From: a virus
Length of the DNA stretch: 64,000 nt
Direction: 5' to 3' (one strand)
Virus record (IMG/VR): IMGVR_UViG_3300032326_001134
Span: 51,111 to 115,110 of that record
The position numbers and the translations under genes are program-made. Of this stretch, positions 38,366-48,076 are shown one piece after another; positions within the stretch are counted from its first letter, which is position 1; the number at the start of each line of letters is the position of its first letter. Below the pieces are notes generated by a model. That model was not told the origin of the DNA, did no database searches, and saw nothing but the letters and a program-made list of their open reading frames with translations.

Positions 38366-38672
38366 TAAAGAGCCATATATTCTTTTAAGCATGTATCAAA
38401 ACATGTATCAGGAAAAATATGGCAAGATGCCCTTTCTAAATAAATACAGAGAAAAGTGGGCTATGCAAGATGTCATTGATAGTGTAGGATATGCTCGTGC
38501 AAAAGAATTATTGGAATACTATTTTACCACTGGAAAGCATGGTCATCCAATTCAATTCTTCTTTTTTAATTTTGATAAAATTGATATAATGCAAATAGAA
38601 ATTGCAAAAGATAAGAAAAACAGAAAGGCTTTACAAGAAGCCACAAAGAGATTAGTTGAGGGTGAAGAGTGA
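38355..38672 (+). CDS. Hypothetical protein preceding the helicase
   Basis: Coupled ORF in the replication operon. Confidence 0.65.
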   Translation: MANSKEPYILLSMYQNMYQEKYGKMPFLNKYREKWAMQDVIDSVGYARAKELLEYYFTTGKHGHPIQFFFFNFDKIDIMQIEIAKDKKNRKALQEATKRLVEGEE

Positions 38673-39907
38673 ATACAGAAGCAACAGTAATATCAGCAGT
38701 TTGCAAAAACAAAGACATAAGTACTTTGCTTGCAGACAATGTTGATGATTTATTTACTTCACATAAAGACGTGTGGGATGGATTAAAGTCTTACTACTAT
38801 AAATTTAAAGCAGTTCCAGAGATTGGAATCCTGCAAGAAAAGTTTAAAGACTTCGACCCAGACACTAATGTTAAAGCCGAGACTGGCTACTATTTAGATA
38901 AATTAAAAAATGAGTATCTGTCCTCTAGGCTAAAATCAATTATGTTACAAGGTGGCGCTGCCCTTAAAGAAGACGCAGCTTCCAGAGTTTTGTCAGATAT
39001 GCAAAGTAAACTTGCTGGGCTTTCTAGATTTACTAATAACGTAAGAGACTTAGATGTAACAGACCTAGATGCAGCAGAGCGACACTTCATGTCAGTAAAA
39101 GATAGATCAGCAGCAATGGGTGGAAGCCCTGGAATTAAAACTGGATTTCAAGCAATAGATACAGCGTACCCAACTGGAATGGCTCCAGGTCATTTAATTG
39201 TTGCAATTGGTTGGCCAGGAAAGGGTAAGACATGGTTTACTTCTTATCTTGCGTGTAAGGCTTGGGAGCAAGGCTTTAAGCCAATGATTATCTCTCTAGA
39301 AATGTCACCAGAAAATATGCGTGATCGTATTTACACAATGCTAGGGTCAGGGCTATTTAAAGCAAGCGATTTATCTAAGGGAGATATTAATATTGATGAC
39401 TTTAAGTCATGGGGTCAAAAGAAATTTGAAGGAAAAAATAGTTTTGTTTTAGTTTCTAATGAAGGAGCTGGCGATGTTACACCTGCCACAATTCAAGGTA
39501 AGATTGACCAGCATAAACCAGACTTGGTTATTTTAGACTACCACCAATTGTTTAATGACAATAAAAGAAGTAATTCAGAAGTAGAAAGAAATAGAAACGT
39601 ATCTCGTGAATTTAAGTTGTTGGCTGTAACAAATAATATCCCAGTTATTGACATTACAGCAGCAACCGCAGACGACATATCAGATCAAGATAATCCACCA
39701 ATGATGTCTCAAGTTGCTTGGTCGAAGGCAATTGAATACGATGCAGATATGGCACTTGCGGTACATAGACACCCAGGCACAAATTTAATTGAAATTGTTT
39801 CTAGAAAGAATAGGCATGGGCATGAATTTGCTTTCCATCTAGACTGGGACATTAATCGAGGCGTTATTAAAGAGTTATATGACTACGTACCATCACAAGC
39901 AAATTAA
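38669..39907 (+). CDS. dnaB: Replicative DnaB-like helicase
   Basis: GWPGKGKT Walker A, SLEMS, VILDY, IEYDAD, KNRHG. Confidence 0.93.
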   Translation: MNTEATVISAVCKNKDISTLLADNVDDLFTSHKDVWDGLKSYYYKFKAVPEIGILQEKFKDFDPDTNVKAETGYYLDKLKNEYLSSRLKSIMLQGGAALKEDAASRVLSDMQSKLAGLSRFTNNVRDLDVTDLDAAERHFMSVKDRSAAMGGSPGIKTGFQAIDTAYPTGMAPGHLIVAIGWPGKGKTWFTSYLACKAWEQGFKPMIISLEMSPENMRDRIYTMLGSGLFKASDLSKGDINIDDFKSWGQKKFEGKNSFVLVSNEGAGDVTPATIQGKIDQHKPDLVILDYHQLFNDNKRSNSEVERNRNVSREFKLLAVTNNIPVIDITAATADDISDQDNPPMMSQVAWSKAIEYDADMALAVHRHPGTNLIEIVSRKNRHGHEFAFHLDWDINRGVIKELYDYVPSQAN

Positions 39908-40190
39908 AAGATTTCAAATTGATGTAGAGTTCAAAGATGACTCAGACATGATTAGAATTAAAAATCAATACGAAAACATGCTAACTCATCAAATGAGGGA
40001 TAAAGGATATTCAAGGGTCCTTGACATAGACACCGCCTTTTCGGTAGAATTTACAGGACAAACGTGGAGGTTCTTAATGACACTTCATGGTGTATACACA
40101 GGAAGGAAGAAGGCATGGCACTCAGAGGGATTAACACAGGGCAAGCTAATACCACGCAGTATGCACCAAACCATATCAAATCAGTCGTAA
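39879..40190 (+). CDS. Hypothetical protein
   Basis: ORF between helicase and primase, overlapping both. Confidence 0.6.
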   Translation: MTTYHHKQIKRFQIDVEFKDDSDMIRIKNQYENMLTHQMRDKGYSRVLDIDTAFSVEFTGQTWRFLMTLHGVYTGRKKAWHSEGLTQGKLIPRSMHQTISNQS

Positions 40191-41113
40191 AAGAAATAGG
40201 CTTAAGAGTAATAAGCGAGTCTAATAACAACTTAGTAATATATTGTCCATTTCATAATAACACCCATAGCCCAAGCTTCTATATAAGCGAAGAAAATGGA
40301 GCATGGCTTTGCTTTAACCCTTCATGTGGAGAAACTGGAAACATAGTTCAGTTGGTTAAGCGTATTGCAAATAAAAACGATTTTGAAGCCATCAGGCTAA
40401 TTACATCAAAAGAGTCCCAGGCTTTAGATAATTTTGATGAAACACTAAGTCAAATGTTCGAGGAGAAGCCAGACTTTATAGAATTTGATCAAAGTAAACT
40501 TGACGCTTTATTTTTAGAGTTAACATTAAATAAGCCTGCTAGAGATTATTTTGAATCTCGTGGAATCAATCAAGAGTCAATGACTCATTTTAAATTAGGT
40601 TATTCAGAGGCACAAGGCATGGTCATCGTTCCAGTTCATAGTCCAAATGGAACACCAGTAGGTTTAGTTGGTAGATCAATATCAGAAAAGAAATTTAAGA
40701 ATAGTACAAACTTGCCAAAGAACAAAACTTTATTTAACATTCATAGAGCAAAAAGAATTGGTGATCAGGTCATCATCGTTGAATCTAGTTTTGATGCAAT
40801 AAGAATACATCAGGCTGGATTCCCAAATGTTATTGCAACTTTAGGTGGACATATATCTACAGACAACTTAAATCTATTAAATAGACATTTTAATAAAGTA
40901 GTTATCATGACTGATGCAGACCAAGCTGGCAGAGAATTAGGAATATCAATTTCTAATAAATTAAAGAATAAAGACATCTTGTGGGCTTCGTGTTCTTATG
41001 GTAAGATATACCCTCATGATGCAAAAGATGCAGGAGATATGACTGAAGAAGAAATTAAGCTTTGTATTAACAATGCTGTTTCTGACATAGAATACAAATC
41101 CTGGAGCTTGTGA
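40115..41113 (+). CDS. dnaG: DNA primase (CHC2 Zn finger + TOPRIM)
   Basis: CPFH...CFNPSC; IIVESSFDA, ATLG, MTDADQAG, KDAGD. Confidence 0.92.
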   Translation: MALRGINTGQANTTQYAPNHIKSVVKEIGLRVISESNNNLVIYCPFHNNTHSPSFYISEENGAWLCFNPSCGETGNIVQLVKRIANKNDFEAIRLITSKESQALDNFDETLSQMFEEKPDFIEFDQSKLDALFLELTLNKPARDYFESRGINQESMTHFKLGYSEAQGMVIVPVHSPNGTPVGLVGRSISEKKFKNSTNLPKNKTLFNIHRAKRIGDQVIIVESSFDAIRIHQAGFPNVIATLGGHISTDNLNLLNRHFNKVVIMTDADQAGRELGISISNKLKNKDILWASCSYGKIYPHDAKDAGDMTEEEIKLCINNAVSDIEYKSWSL

Positions 41114-41119
41114 TATAAT
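41111..41119 (+). promoter_or_regulatory. Extended -10 promoter (TGATATAAT) for the SSB gene
   Basis: TG-n-TATAAT upstream of a 50-nt leader with GAGGA SD. Confidence 0.55.
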
Positions 41120-41168
41120 AAAGTAACAGATGGATTTATACCATCAAATATAGAAAAGAGGAAATAAA

Positions 41169-41834
41169 ATGGGTCTAGTAAAAGGACTAAAAGATTTAAA
41201 TAAGGTAATGGATAAACCGCAATCATCTGGCGGTGACGGAACAAAAGCTCGTTGGGTAAAACTAGATGACTCAGAAAGTGTAAAGATTAGATTTCTTCAA
41301 GAACTGGATCCAGACTCACCACACTATAATGAAAAAAATAGTTTAGGATTCATTGCAGTAGAACACACAAACCCTAAAGATTACAAGCGAAAAGCATTGT
41401 GCACAATTGACGATCAAGGAAAATGCTGGGGTTGTGAACAACACAGAAAAGATTACAAGGCTGGATGGAAGGGACGTTCACGTCTATACATCAATGTTCT
41501 TGTAGATGATGGCAAAGAAGAACCGTATGTTGCTATCTTGTCTCAGGGAAGTAGCGGAAAGACTATTACCCCAACACTAATTGAATATGCTGGCGAAATG
41601 GGTAGCATTTCAAACTTAGTGTGGCGCATTAAGCGTACAGGCACAAAAACAGATACAAGCTACACAGCAATTCCATTAGCAAAAGACGAATCTCCTTTTG
41701 ATTCCTCTAGCTTGGAACTGTACGAATTAGAAAAGGTTGCAGTTCGTGACTTACCCTACACAGAACAAGATGCCTTTTTTAATGGCGAAGGCGGAGAAGA
41801 TCAGTCTTCAGGCTCAGGTAGCGTAGAGTGGTAA
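41169..41834 (+). CDS. Single-stranded DNA-binding protein (gp32-like)
   Basis: VKIRFL, H...C..CWGC Zn site, RTGTKTDTSY, acidic tail ending in W. Confidence 0.8.
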   Translation: MGLVKGLKDLNKVMDKPQSSGGDGTKARWVKLDDSESVKIRFLQELDPDSPHYNEKNSLGFIAVEHTNPKDYKRKALCTIDDQGKCWGCEQHRKDYKAGWKGRSRLYINVLVDDGKEEPYVAILSQGSSGKTITPTLIEYAGEMGSISNLVWRIKRTGTKTDTSYTAIPLAKDESPFDSSSLELYELEKVAVRDLPYTEQDAFFNGEGGEDQSSGSGSVEW

Positions 41835-41861
41835 AAAGGTGGGGCGGGAAACCGCCCCACT
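41833..41861. terminator. GC-rich GAAA-tetraloop hairpin; U-tract present only on the minus strand
   Basis: AAAAAG-GTGGGGCGG-GAAA-CCGCCCCAC; the tRNA begins 3 nt later. Confidence 0.65.
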
Positions 41862-41863
41862 CT

Positions 41864-41936
41864 GCCAGGGTAGCCCAGCGGTAGAGGCGATAGACTTAAA
41901 ATTTATAAAGCGTGGGTTCGAATCCCACCCTTGGTA
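41864..41936 (+). tRNA. tRNA-Leu(UAA), short variable arm, CCA not encoded
   Basis: Acceptor GCCAGGG/CCTTGGT, anticodon arm ATAGA-CTTAAAA-TTTAT, T arm GTGGG-TTCGAAT-CCCAC, discriminator A. Confidence 0.88.
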
Positions 41937-41955
41937 CTAGAAAGAAAAGGCGGAA

Positions 41956-42162
41956 ATGATTAATCTAGAGATACCAGATCCATTTACAACATTTGTAGCT
42001 AATAAGTACTCTAATTACAAAGGAATGATTTATGACTTCTTTGCAAAAGAGTGGTATTTAAAAGCTGCATGTTGCGGAGAAGAATTATATGCTCCAAATA
42101 AAAAGACTATGACAAAGATTAGACTTTATCATACAAGAAACGAATGCTTGGGAGGATACTAA
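41956..42162 (+). CDS. Hypothetical protein
   Basis: 68 aa with CC...H...C; TAATG-coupled to dnaE. Confidence 0.65.
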   Translation: MINLEIPDPFTTFVANKYSNYKGMIYDFFAKEWYLKAACCGEELYAPNKKTMTKIRLYHTRNECLGGY

Positions 42163-45100
42163 TGAGCTTTGTACACTTACATGTTCATTCATACTACTCC
42201 CTAATGGACGGACTAAATTCCCCAGAAGAATTATGTCAGGCAGCATTAGATGCTGGACAAACATCAATTGCTATTACAGACCATGGAACTTTATCTTCAC
42301 ATAGAGAAATGCAAATTGCTGCAAAGAAGCTTGGTATAAAGCCAATCCTTGGAGTAGAAGCATACATTTCTCCAACAGATAGATTCGACAGATCTTCAAA
42401 AACAGATAAATCTATTCAGGCTTATAACCACATAATATTGCTAGCAAAAAATAAAAAGGGATTAAAAAATATTAACACTCTCCAAGAGCTTGCTTGGAAT
42501 GAAGGCTTCTATCATAAGCCAAGAATTGACAGGGAGATTTTAAATGATTACAGCGAAGGTATTATCGTTCTTAGCGGATGTCTTAATGGACTCATTAGTA
42601 AGGCTATCGATAAAGGTAACATGGAGGAAGCAGAACTTCTTCTCAAAGGCTTTAAACAAACTTTCGGACAAGATTTTTACGTGGAAGTGCAATCACATAA
42701 CCCTGTGGAGATCAACTCCGCCCTTCTAGATCTAGCAGATAAGCTTGGAATTAAATCGGTAGCAACAGGTGATGCTCACTTTGCTAAAGGTGAGGATAAA
42801 GTTTTAGAAGAAGCAATGTTAATTCTCTCTACATCTCCTAAATCTGATAAAGATGCGGACTTTGAAATGTCTAGGAATATGAATAACATGTTAGACAGAT
42901 TTAATTATCTTTATCCTGAACGTAGAATTTCATTCCAGGACTATAATTTATTTATTCAATCACGTTCTGAAATTGAGGCGGACTTTAATAAGGCTGGAAT
43001 TACCCGTACAGATATATATGAGAATACTATAGAAATAGCCAATAAAATTGGAGAATACGATTTTAACGTAGGTCTAGACCTACTTCCAGTACCCAAGACG
43101 GATGCCGACGAAAAGTTGTCTCAAATGGCCCTAGAAGGCCTTAAAAGGCTATCCCTAGACCAAGACAAGGTCTATATTGATAGATTAGAAGAAGAGTTAT
43201 CTATAATTAAAGATAAATCTTTTGCCTCATATTTCTTAGTGGTCGCAGACATGATTAATTGGGCTAAGGATAATAATATTATGGTGGGCCCTGGTCGAGG
43301 TTCTGCAGCTGGATCTTTAGTTTGTTATTCATTAGGCATTACAGATGTTGATCCAATAGAATATGACCTGCTGTTCTTCCGCTTTATCAACCCAGAGCGT
43401 AACGACTTCCCAGATATTGACACAGACTTCGAGGATCGCCGTCGCAAAGAAGTTAAAGACTATCTTAAAAAGAAATTTAAGCACGTAGCATCTATTTCAA
43501 CATATACTTATTTTAAAGATAAAGGTGTAATTAGAGATGCTGCCCGTGTCTTTATGGTTCCATTACAGGATGTAAATCGTGCAATGAAGTCAATTGATAC
43601 ATTTGAAGACTTTATGGAATCTCCTAATACAAAAGAATTTAGAATGAAGTATCCTGAAGTTGTATGGCTTGCTGAAAGACTTCGTGGAAAAATTAGAAGC
43701 GTTGGAGTCCATGCTGCTGGAGTTGTAGTTGCAAAAGATGATTTAAGAAATTTTGCTCCAATTGAGTCTCGTGAAGATGCACAAGATAAAGTTTCTGGCA
43801 GGATACCAGTAGTCGCATACGATATGGATACGGTAGCAGATATTGGATTAATTAAACTAGATGCACTTGGTCTAAAGACATTATCTGTAATCTCAGACAC
43901 ATTGAAAGCAATTAAAGAGAGACACAATAAAGAGATTGTGTTATCTGATTTGCCATTTGACGACCTAGATGTTTATAAAACATTAAGCGAAGGATACACC
44001 AAGGGAGTCTTTCAGGCTGAAGCTACACCATATACAAACTTATTAATTAAAATGGGTGTCGATAAGTTTGAAGATCTCGCTGCATCAAATGCTTTGGTTA
44101 GACCAGGAGCAATGAATACGGTTGGTGCTTCCTACATTAATAGAAAGCACGGACGAGAAGCTGTTAGCTATGTTCATGAAATCATGAAGCCATTTACAGA
44201 AAATACATATGGGGTTATCATATATCAAGAACAGGTTATGCAAGCCTGTGTGCACCTAGGAGGAATGTCCTGGTCAGAAGCTGACAAGGTACGTAAGATT
44301 ATTGGAAAGAAGAAAGATGCAAAAGAATTCGACCAGTTCAAGGATCAATTTATTGATGGAGCTTCAAAACACATTTCTAAGAAAAAGGCCGAATCGTTAT
44401 GGCATGACTTCGAGGCTCATGCTGGCTATTCTTTTAACCGTAGCCATGCTGTTGCTTATTCCATGCTTAGTTATTATACGGCTTGGCTTAAGCACTATTA
44501 CCCACTTGAATTCATTTTTTCTATTCTTAAAAATGAAAATGATAAAGATAAAAGAACAGAGTATTTGATTGAGGCTAAAAGATTAAATCTTAAAATTTTA
44601 TTGCCACACATCAATGAATCAGAGTTGTATTTTTCTCTTAAAGAAAATGCAATTCAATTTGGCTTGGCTGAAGTTAAATTTATTTCTGACAGCATAGCCA
44701 ATAAAATAATAGAAAAGAGACCATATGAAACTTACTCAGAATTTATTCAAAAGGCGTCTGCCAAGGGTAGCGGTATTAACAGCAGGGCCATTGCTGCTCT
44801 TAATAACATTGGTGGGGCTGCTTTTGAGGATAATAAGCGTAGTGGCAAAGAAAAAGAAAACTACTACGAATACCTAGGAATACCAACGTTTAACATAGAC
44901 CTGCCACCAAGAATTAAAGCTCAAGCAAGACCAATTCAAGACTTTGACGACTTAGGATCATTTCCAGTATTTGGAATGGTTAAGAGTATAAAAAGAGGAA
45001 CTGGTTGGGCTAGGGTAGAACTTGTTGATGAAACTGGGTCAATCGGACTGTTTCATAATGAGCAAACACAAATTGAAACAGGACAAATGTATTTTATTCT

Positions 45101-45428
45101 TGTTGGAGACAATAGAATTGCAAGATACATTAAGGTAAATGAAATTGATCCAAATGGTTCTGATTTATTTGTAGATTACCTATACAGAAAAGAATACGAT
45201 ATGGAAGATGATGAAATGATGGTAATTAATTTTAATCCATATAAAACAAAAGCTGGAAAAACAATGGCTCACATTGTTATGACAAATAAAAATAAAGAAT
45301 TGCAACGTGCAATTGCTTTCCCAACAATGTATTCAAAGGTGCTTGGCAGAATGCGTGAGGGAATGAAATGTAAACCAGTTCTTTCTAAATTAGAAGATGG
45401 AACATTAATGATAAAGGAAATAAAATGA
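42162..45428 (+). CDS. dnaE: DNA polymerase III alpha subunit
   Basis: PHP HLHVHSYYSLMDG/TDH; GPGRGSAAGSLV; PDIDTDF; HAAGVV; KLDALGL; GYSFNRSHA; no intein seen. Confidence 0.97.
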   Translation: MSFVHLHVHSYYSLMDGLNSPEELCQAALDAGQTSIAITDHGTLSSHREMQIAAKKLGIKPILGVEAYISPTDRFDRSSKTDKSIQAYNHIILLAKNKKGLKNINTLQELAWNEGFYHKPRIDREILNDYSEGIIVLSGCLNGLISKAIDKGNMEEAELLLKGFKQTFGQDFYVEVQSHNPVEINSALLDLADKLGIKSVATGDAHFAKGEDKVLEEAMLILSTSPKSDKDADFEMSRNMNNMLDRFNYLYPERRISFQDYNLFIQSRSEIEADFNKAGITRTDIYENTIEIANKIGEYDFNVGLDLLPVPKTDADEKLSQMALEGLKRLSLDQDKVYIDRLEEELSIIKDKSFASYFLVVADMINWAKDNNIMVGPGRGSAAGSLVCYSLGITDVDPIEYDLLFFRFINPERNDFPDIDTDFEDRRRKEVKDYLKKKFKHVASISTYTYFKDKGVIRDAARVFMVPLQDVNRAMKSIDTFEDFMESPNTKEFRMKYPEVVWLAERLRGKIRSVGVHAAGVVVAKDDLRNFAPIESREDAQDKVSGRIPVVAYDMDTVADIGLIKLDALGLKTLSVISDTLKAIKERHNKEIVLSDLPFDDLDVYKTLSEGYTKGVFQAEATPYTNLLIKMGVDKFEDLAASNALVRPGAMNTVGASYINRKHGREAVSYVHEIMKPFTENTYGVIIYQEQVMQACVHLGGMSWSEADKVRKIIGKKKDAKEFDQFKDQFIDGASKHISKKKAESLWHDFEAHAGYSFNRSHAVAYSMLSYYTAWLKHYYPLEFIFSILKNENDKDKRTEYLIEAKRLNLKILLPHINESELYFSLKENAIQFGLAEVKFISDSIANKIIEKRPYETYSEFIQKASAKGSGINSRAIAALNNIGGAAFEDNKRSGKEKENYYEYLGIPTFNIDLPPRIKAQARPIQDFDDLGSFPVFGMVKSIKRGTGWARVELVDETGSIGLFHNEQTQIETGQMYFILVGDNRIARYIKVNEIDPNGSDLFVDYLYRKEYDMEDDEMMVINFNPYKTKAGKTMAHIVMTNKNKELQRAIAFPTMYSKVLGRMREGMKCKPVLSKLEDGTLMIKEIK

Positions 45429-45664
45429 GTAGAACACCAACAGAAGTATATCAAGCAATGAATGCTTCTAATATTTTAGTTGCAATCTTGCGCTCTCAAA
45501 AAAATGTATCTGTCCCTTTAAATGTATTTTTAGAGGCGTCTAATGAAGATCAACAATTAAATGTTGAATATAATGAAGAAACGTCTTCATTTGTATTCCA
45601 GTTAAAGGAGAAAATTGAGCAACCTAATAATCAAGAGAATGCTGAGCCAGATTCAGATGAATAA
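45425..45664 (+). CDS. Hypothetical protein
   Basis: AAGGA SD, coupled to dnaE. Confidence 0.65.
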   Translation: MSRTPTEVYQAMNASNILVAILRSQKNVSVPLNVFLEASNEDQQLNVEYNEETSSFVFQLKEKIEQPNNQENAEPDSDE

Positions 45665-45998
45665 CCTAGTTACAGATTATGGCTTAGATGCCTTGTCCGC
45701 AGTGCTTCACGAAAATGCTAAAGAAAAAGGTTTTTGGGATGGAGACTATTCTCATGACAAAATTGGAAATAAGCTTGCCCTAGTCCACTCAGAGGTAACA
45801 GAAGTTTTAGAGGCAATTAGAAAAAATAAAGGATCAGAAGAAATTGTAGAAGAAATAGCTGATATTATTATTCGAATTTTAGATGTATATGCAGCAATGA
45901 AAAATGAAGATCAAATTCTTCATAGTTTAGATGAAATATTAGAAAGTAAAATTAATAAAAATAAAGAGAGAGCAAGGCTACACGGAAATTTGTTTTAA
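45615..45998 (+). CDS. MazG-like nucleotide pyrophosphohydrolase
   Basis: LALVHSEVTEVLEAIRK...EEIADIIIRILD...KNKER; AAGGAG SD before TTG (alternative start ATG 45657). Confidence 0.85.
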   Translation: MSNLIIKRMLSQIQMNNLVTDYGLDALSAVLHENAKEKGFWDGDYSHDKIGNKLALVHSEVTEVLEAIRKNKGSEEIVEEIADIIIRILDVYAAMKNEDQILHSLDEILESKINKNKERARLHGNLF

Positions 45999-46007
45999 TG
46001 CTATAAT
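45999..46007 (+). promoter_or_regulatory. Extended -10 promoter (TGCTATAAT) upstream of recA
   Basis: TG-n-TATAAT in the intergenic gap. Confidence 0.55.
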
Positions 46008-46029
46008 AAACCAATAGAGAAAGAATTCA

Positions 46030-47034
46030 ATGACAATTTTAATAGATGATATATTAGCAAAACTAGATCCAAAAACAAGAGCAAGAGTCCAATCAGCACA
46101 AAACATTATTGTTGAAAAACAAAAAACGCCAAGTATTGGATTAAACATGGCCCTTCGTGGAGGGCTTGGATACGGCAGACAAGTACTTGTATGGGGAAAT
46201 AAGTCTGCTGGAAAATCCTCCTTCTGCCTACAGATGATAGCCCTTGCTCAAAAAGAAGGAAAAACTTGTGCATGGATTGATGCTGAAGCATCCTATGATC
46301 AATCTTGGGCAGAGTCCCTTGGAGTAGATTCATCTAAATTAATTTATTCACCAGCAAAAACAGTTAATGATATGGTTGATGTTGGCGTAAAGCTTATGGA
46401 GGCTGGAGTAGATATGATCGTCGTTGATTCTATATCTGCATTGCTTCCTGGAATTTATTTTGAAAAAGATGGAAATGAAATGAAAGATTTGCAGGACACA
46501 AAGCAAATAGGCGCTGAAGCAAAGGATATGACCCACGCAGTCAAAATGTTAAACTATGCAAACAAAAACACACTACTTGTACTTATCTCACAACAACGAA
46601 ATCAGTTTGGATCTATGCATGCTAGTCACATCCCCACAGGTGGCATGGCAGTCAAGTTCTTTTCTTCCACCGTCATTAAGCTCTGGTCGTCTGAGGCTGA
46701 GGCGAATGCTATTAAAGCTGGGGTTAAAGTTGGCGACAAAATCATTGAACAAAGAGTTGGAAGACCAGTTAACTGGATTATTGATTACAACAAACTTGGC
46801 CCCCCAAATCTATCAGGACAATACGACTTTTATTACCAAGGGGAATCTCTTGGTGTAGACGGCATAGGCGAAACCCTAGACGTTGCAGAAATGTGTGGAG
46901 TTGTAGAAAAAGGTGGAGCTTGGTATACGGTAAATGGAGAGCGTTTTCAAGGACGTGCAAAAGCCGTAGCATACTTAAGAGAAAACCCAAATGTTGTAGA
47001 AATATTAATTGGGGAGATAAATGCCAGATCTTAA
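46030..47034 (+). CDS. recA: RecA/UvsX-like recombinase
   Basis: GNKSAGKS Walker A, WIDAE, IVVDSI, PTGGMAVKF, KGGAWY...FQG. Confidence 0.93.
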   Translation: MTILIDDILAKLDPKTRARVQSAQNIIVEKQKTPSIGLNMALRGGLGYGRQVLVWGNKSAGKSSFCLQMIALAQKEGKTCAWIDAEASYDQSWAESLGVDSSKLIYSPAKTVNDMVDVGVKLMEAGVDMIVVDSISALLPGIYFEKDGNEMKDLQDTKQIGAEAKDMTHAVKMLNYANKNTLLVLISQQRNQFGSMHASHIPTGGMAVKFFSSTVIKLWSSEAEANAIKAGVKVGDKIIEQRVGRPVNWIIDYNKLGPPNLSGQYDFYYQGESLGVDGIGETLDVAEMCGVVEKGGAWYTVNGERFQGRAKAVAYLRENPNVVEILIGEINARS

Positions 47035-47209
47035 TGAGTTTTTTCACAAACCAGAAATTCTTCATAAAGCAGATCTTGAAAAAATAACTGGAGTTAAGCC
47101 ATGCTCCAAATGTAAAAAAGATGCAGAAGAAGCTTTTTGGGACCCATCAACATTAACAATGAGTTGGAAGTGTCCAGAAGGACACGACAATCAGTATAGG
47201 GTTAACTAA
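47021..47209 (+). CDS. Small Zn-binding protein
   Basis: CSKC...CPEGH. Confidence 0.6.
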   Translation: MPDLNEFFHKPEILHKADLEKITGVKPCSKCKKDAEEAFWDPSTLTMSWKCPEGHDNQYRVN

Positions 47210-47520
47210 TGTCTGAAAGATCTGAAGTTAAACGTGATGGCGCTAAAGCTCAAAAAAATAGCGGACGAGGAGACTACCAAAAAGGTGACGCCAAATGGAA
47301 TCAGTTTCTTGTAGACTATAAAGAAGCATCGTCATCCTTTACTCTAAACAAGACGGTCTGGTCTAAAATATGCACAGATACCTTTAAGGTAAGTAGGGAC
47401 ATGCACCCAGCTTTAAAAATTATTATTGGCACAGAGTCTAAGGTTAGATTAGGTATAATTGAATGGTCTATTTTAGAAGAGTTAATTAATTGTTGGGAGG
47501 AAAATAATGGGAAACAATAA
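47209..47520 (+). CDS. PD-(D/E)XK nuclease, Holliday junction resolvase-like
   Basis: MSERSE...NSGRG..KGDA...VDYKE. Confidence 0.7.
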   Translation: MSERSEVKRDGAKAQKNSGRGDYQKGDAKWNQFLVDYKEASSSFTLNKTVWSKICTDTFKVSRDMHPALKIIIGTESKVRLGIIEWSILEELINCWEENNGKQ

Positions 47521-47638
47521 TAAAATACCTTTTAACGAAACAATTATTAAAAATGGTAGAATTATTAGATTAAGAAAAGACGGATCAGTAAAAGCAGATC
47601 TTGGTCCATATATAAAAAAGGAGAAAAAGCAAAAATGA
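47507..47638 (+). CDS. Small basic protein (43 aa, not in ORF track)
   Basis: GGAGG SD; MGNNNKIPFNETIIKNGRIIRLRKDGSVKADLGPYIKKEKKQK. Confidence 0.6.
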   Translation: MGNNNKIPFNETIIKNGRIIRLRKDGSVKADLGPYIKKEKKQK

Positions 47639-47739
47639 TTAAATTTCTTTTTGGAGTTCTTTTTGGATTTGTAATTGCATACCCATTGGGACTATGGGCT
47701 GGATATTATACCGATTGGGTAAATAGAGATGGAAAATAA
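47635..47739 (+). CDS. Single-TM peptide (34 aa, not in ORF track)
   Basis: AAGGAG SD; MIKFLFGVLFGFVIAYPLGLWAGYYTDWVNRDGK. Confidence 0.6.
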   Translation: MIKFLFGVLFGFVIAYPLGLWAGYYTDWVNRDGK

Positions 47740-48076
47740 AACTGAGTCAAAAAATACTCTAGAGTTAATTAGCGATATTACAGAATTTAACGATCTTCAT
47801 AAGTTTATGAATGACGAGCACCTAGATAAAGCTTTAGCAATTGTAGTAAAGCTTTTAATGAATCCAGATGTTCCTTCTGCAAAATCTCCGATGCTTATTA
47901 TGGAGCTTCAAGCAATGTCTACTAAGTTTGCCGTACTCGCTTCATACTATTCTACTATTGCAAAAGATAAAGCTGGAACTGAAAACAATAATAAAAAAAA
48001 CGTTTACTATTCATTAAAAGAGTCTATAGACAAACTAGTAGATGCACTTAAATATGTAGTTAGGTATAATTCATGA
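47729..48076 (+). CDS. Hypothetical helical protein of the recombination module
   Basis: IDKLVDALKY C-terminus; coupled ORF. Confidence 0.65.
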   Translation: MENKTESKNTLELISDITEFNDLHKFMNDEHLDKALAIVVKLLMNPDVPSAKSPMLIMELQAMSTKFAVLASYYSTIAKDKAGTENNNKKNVYYSLKESIDKLVDALKYVVRYNS

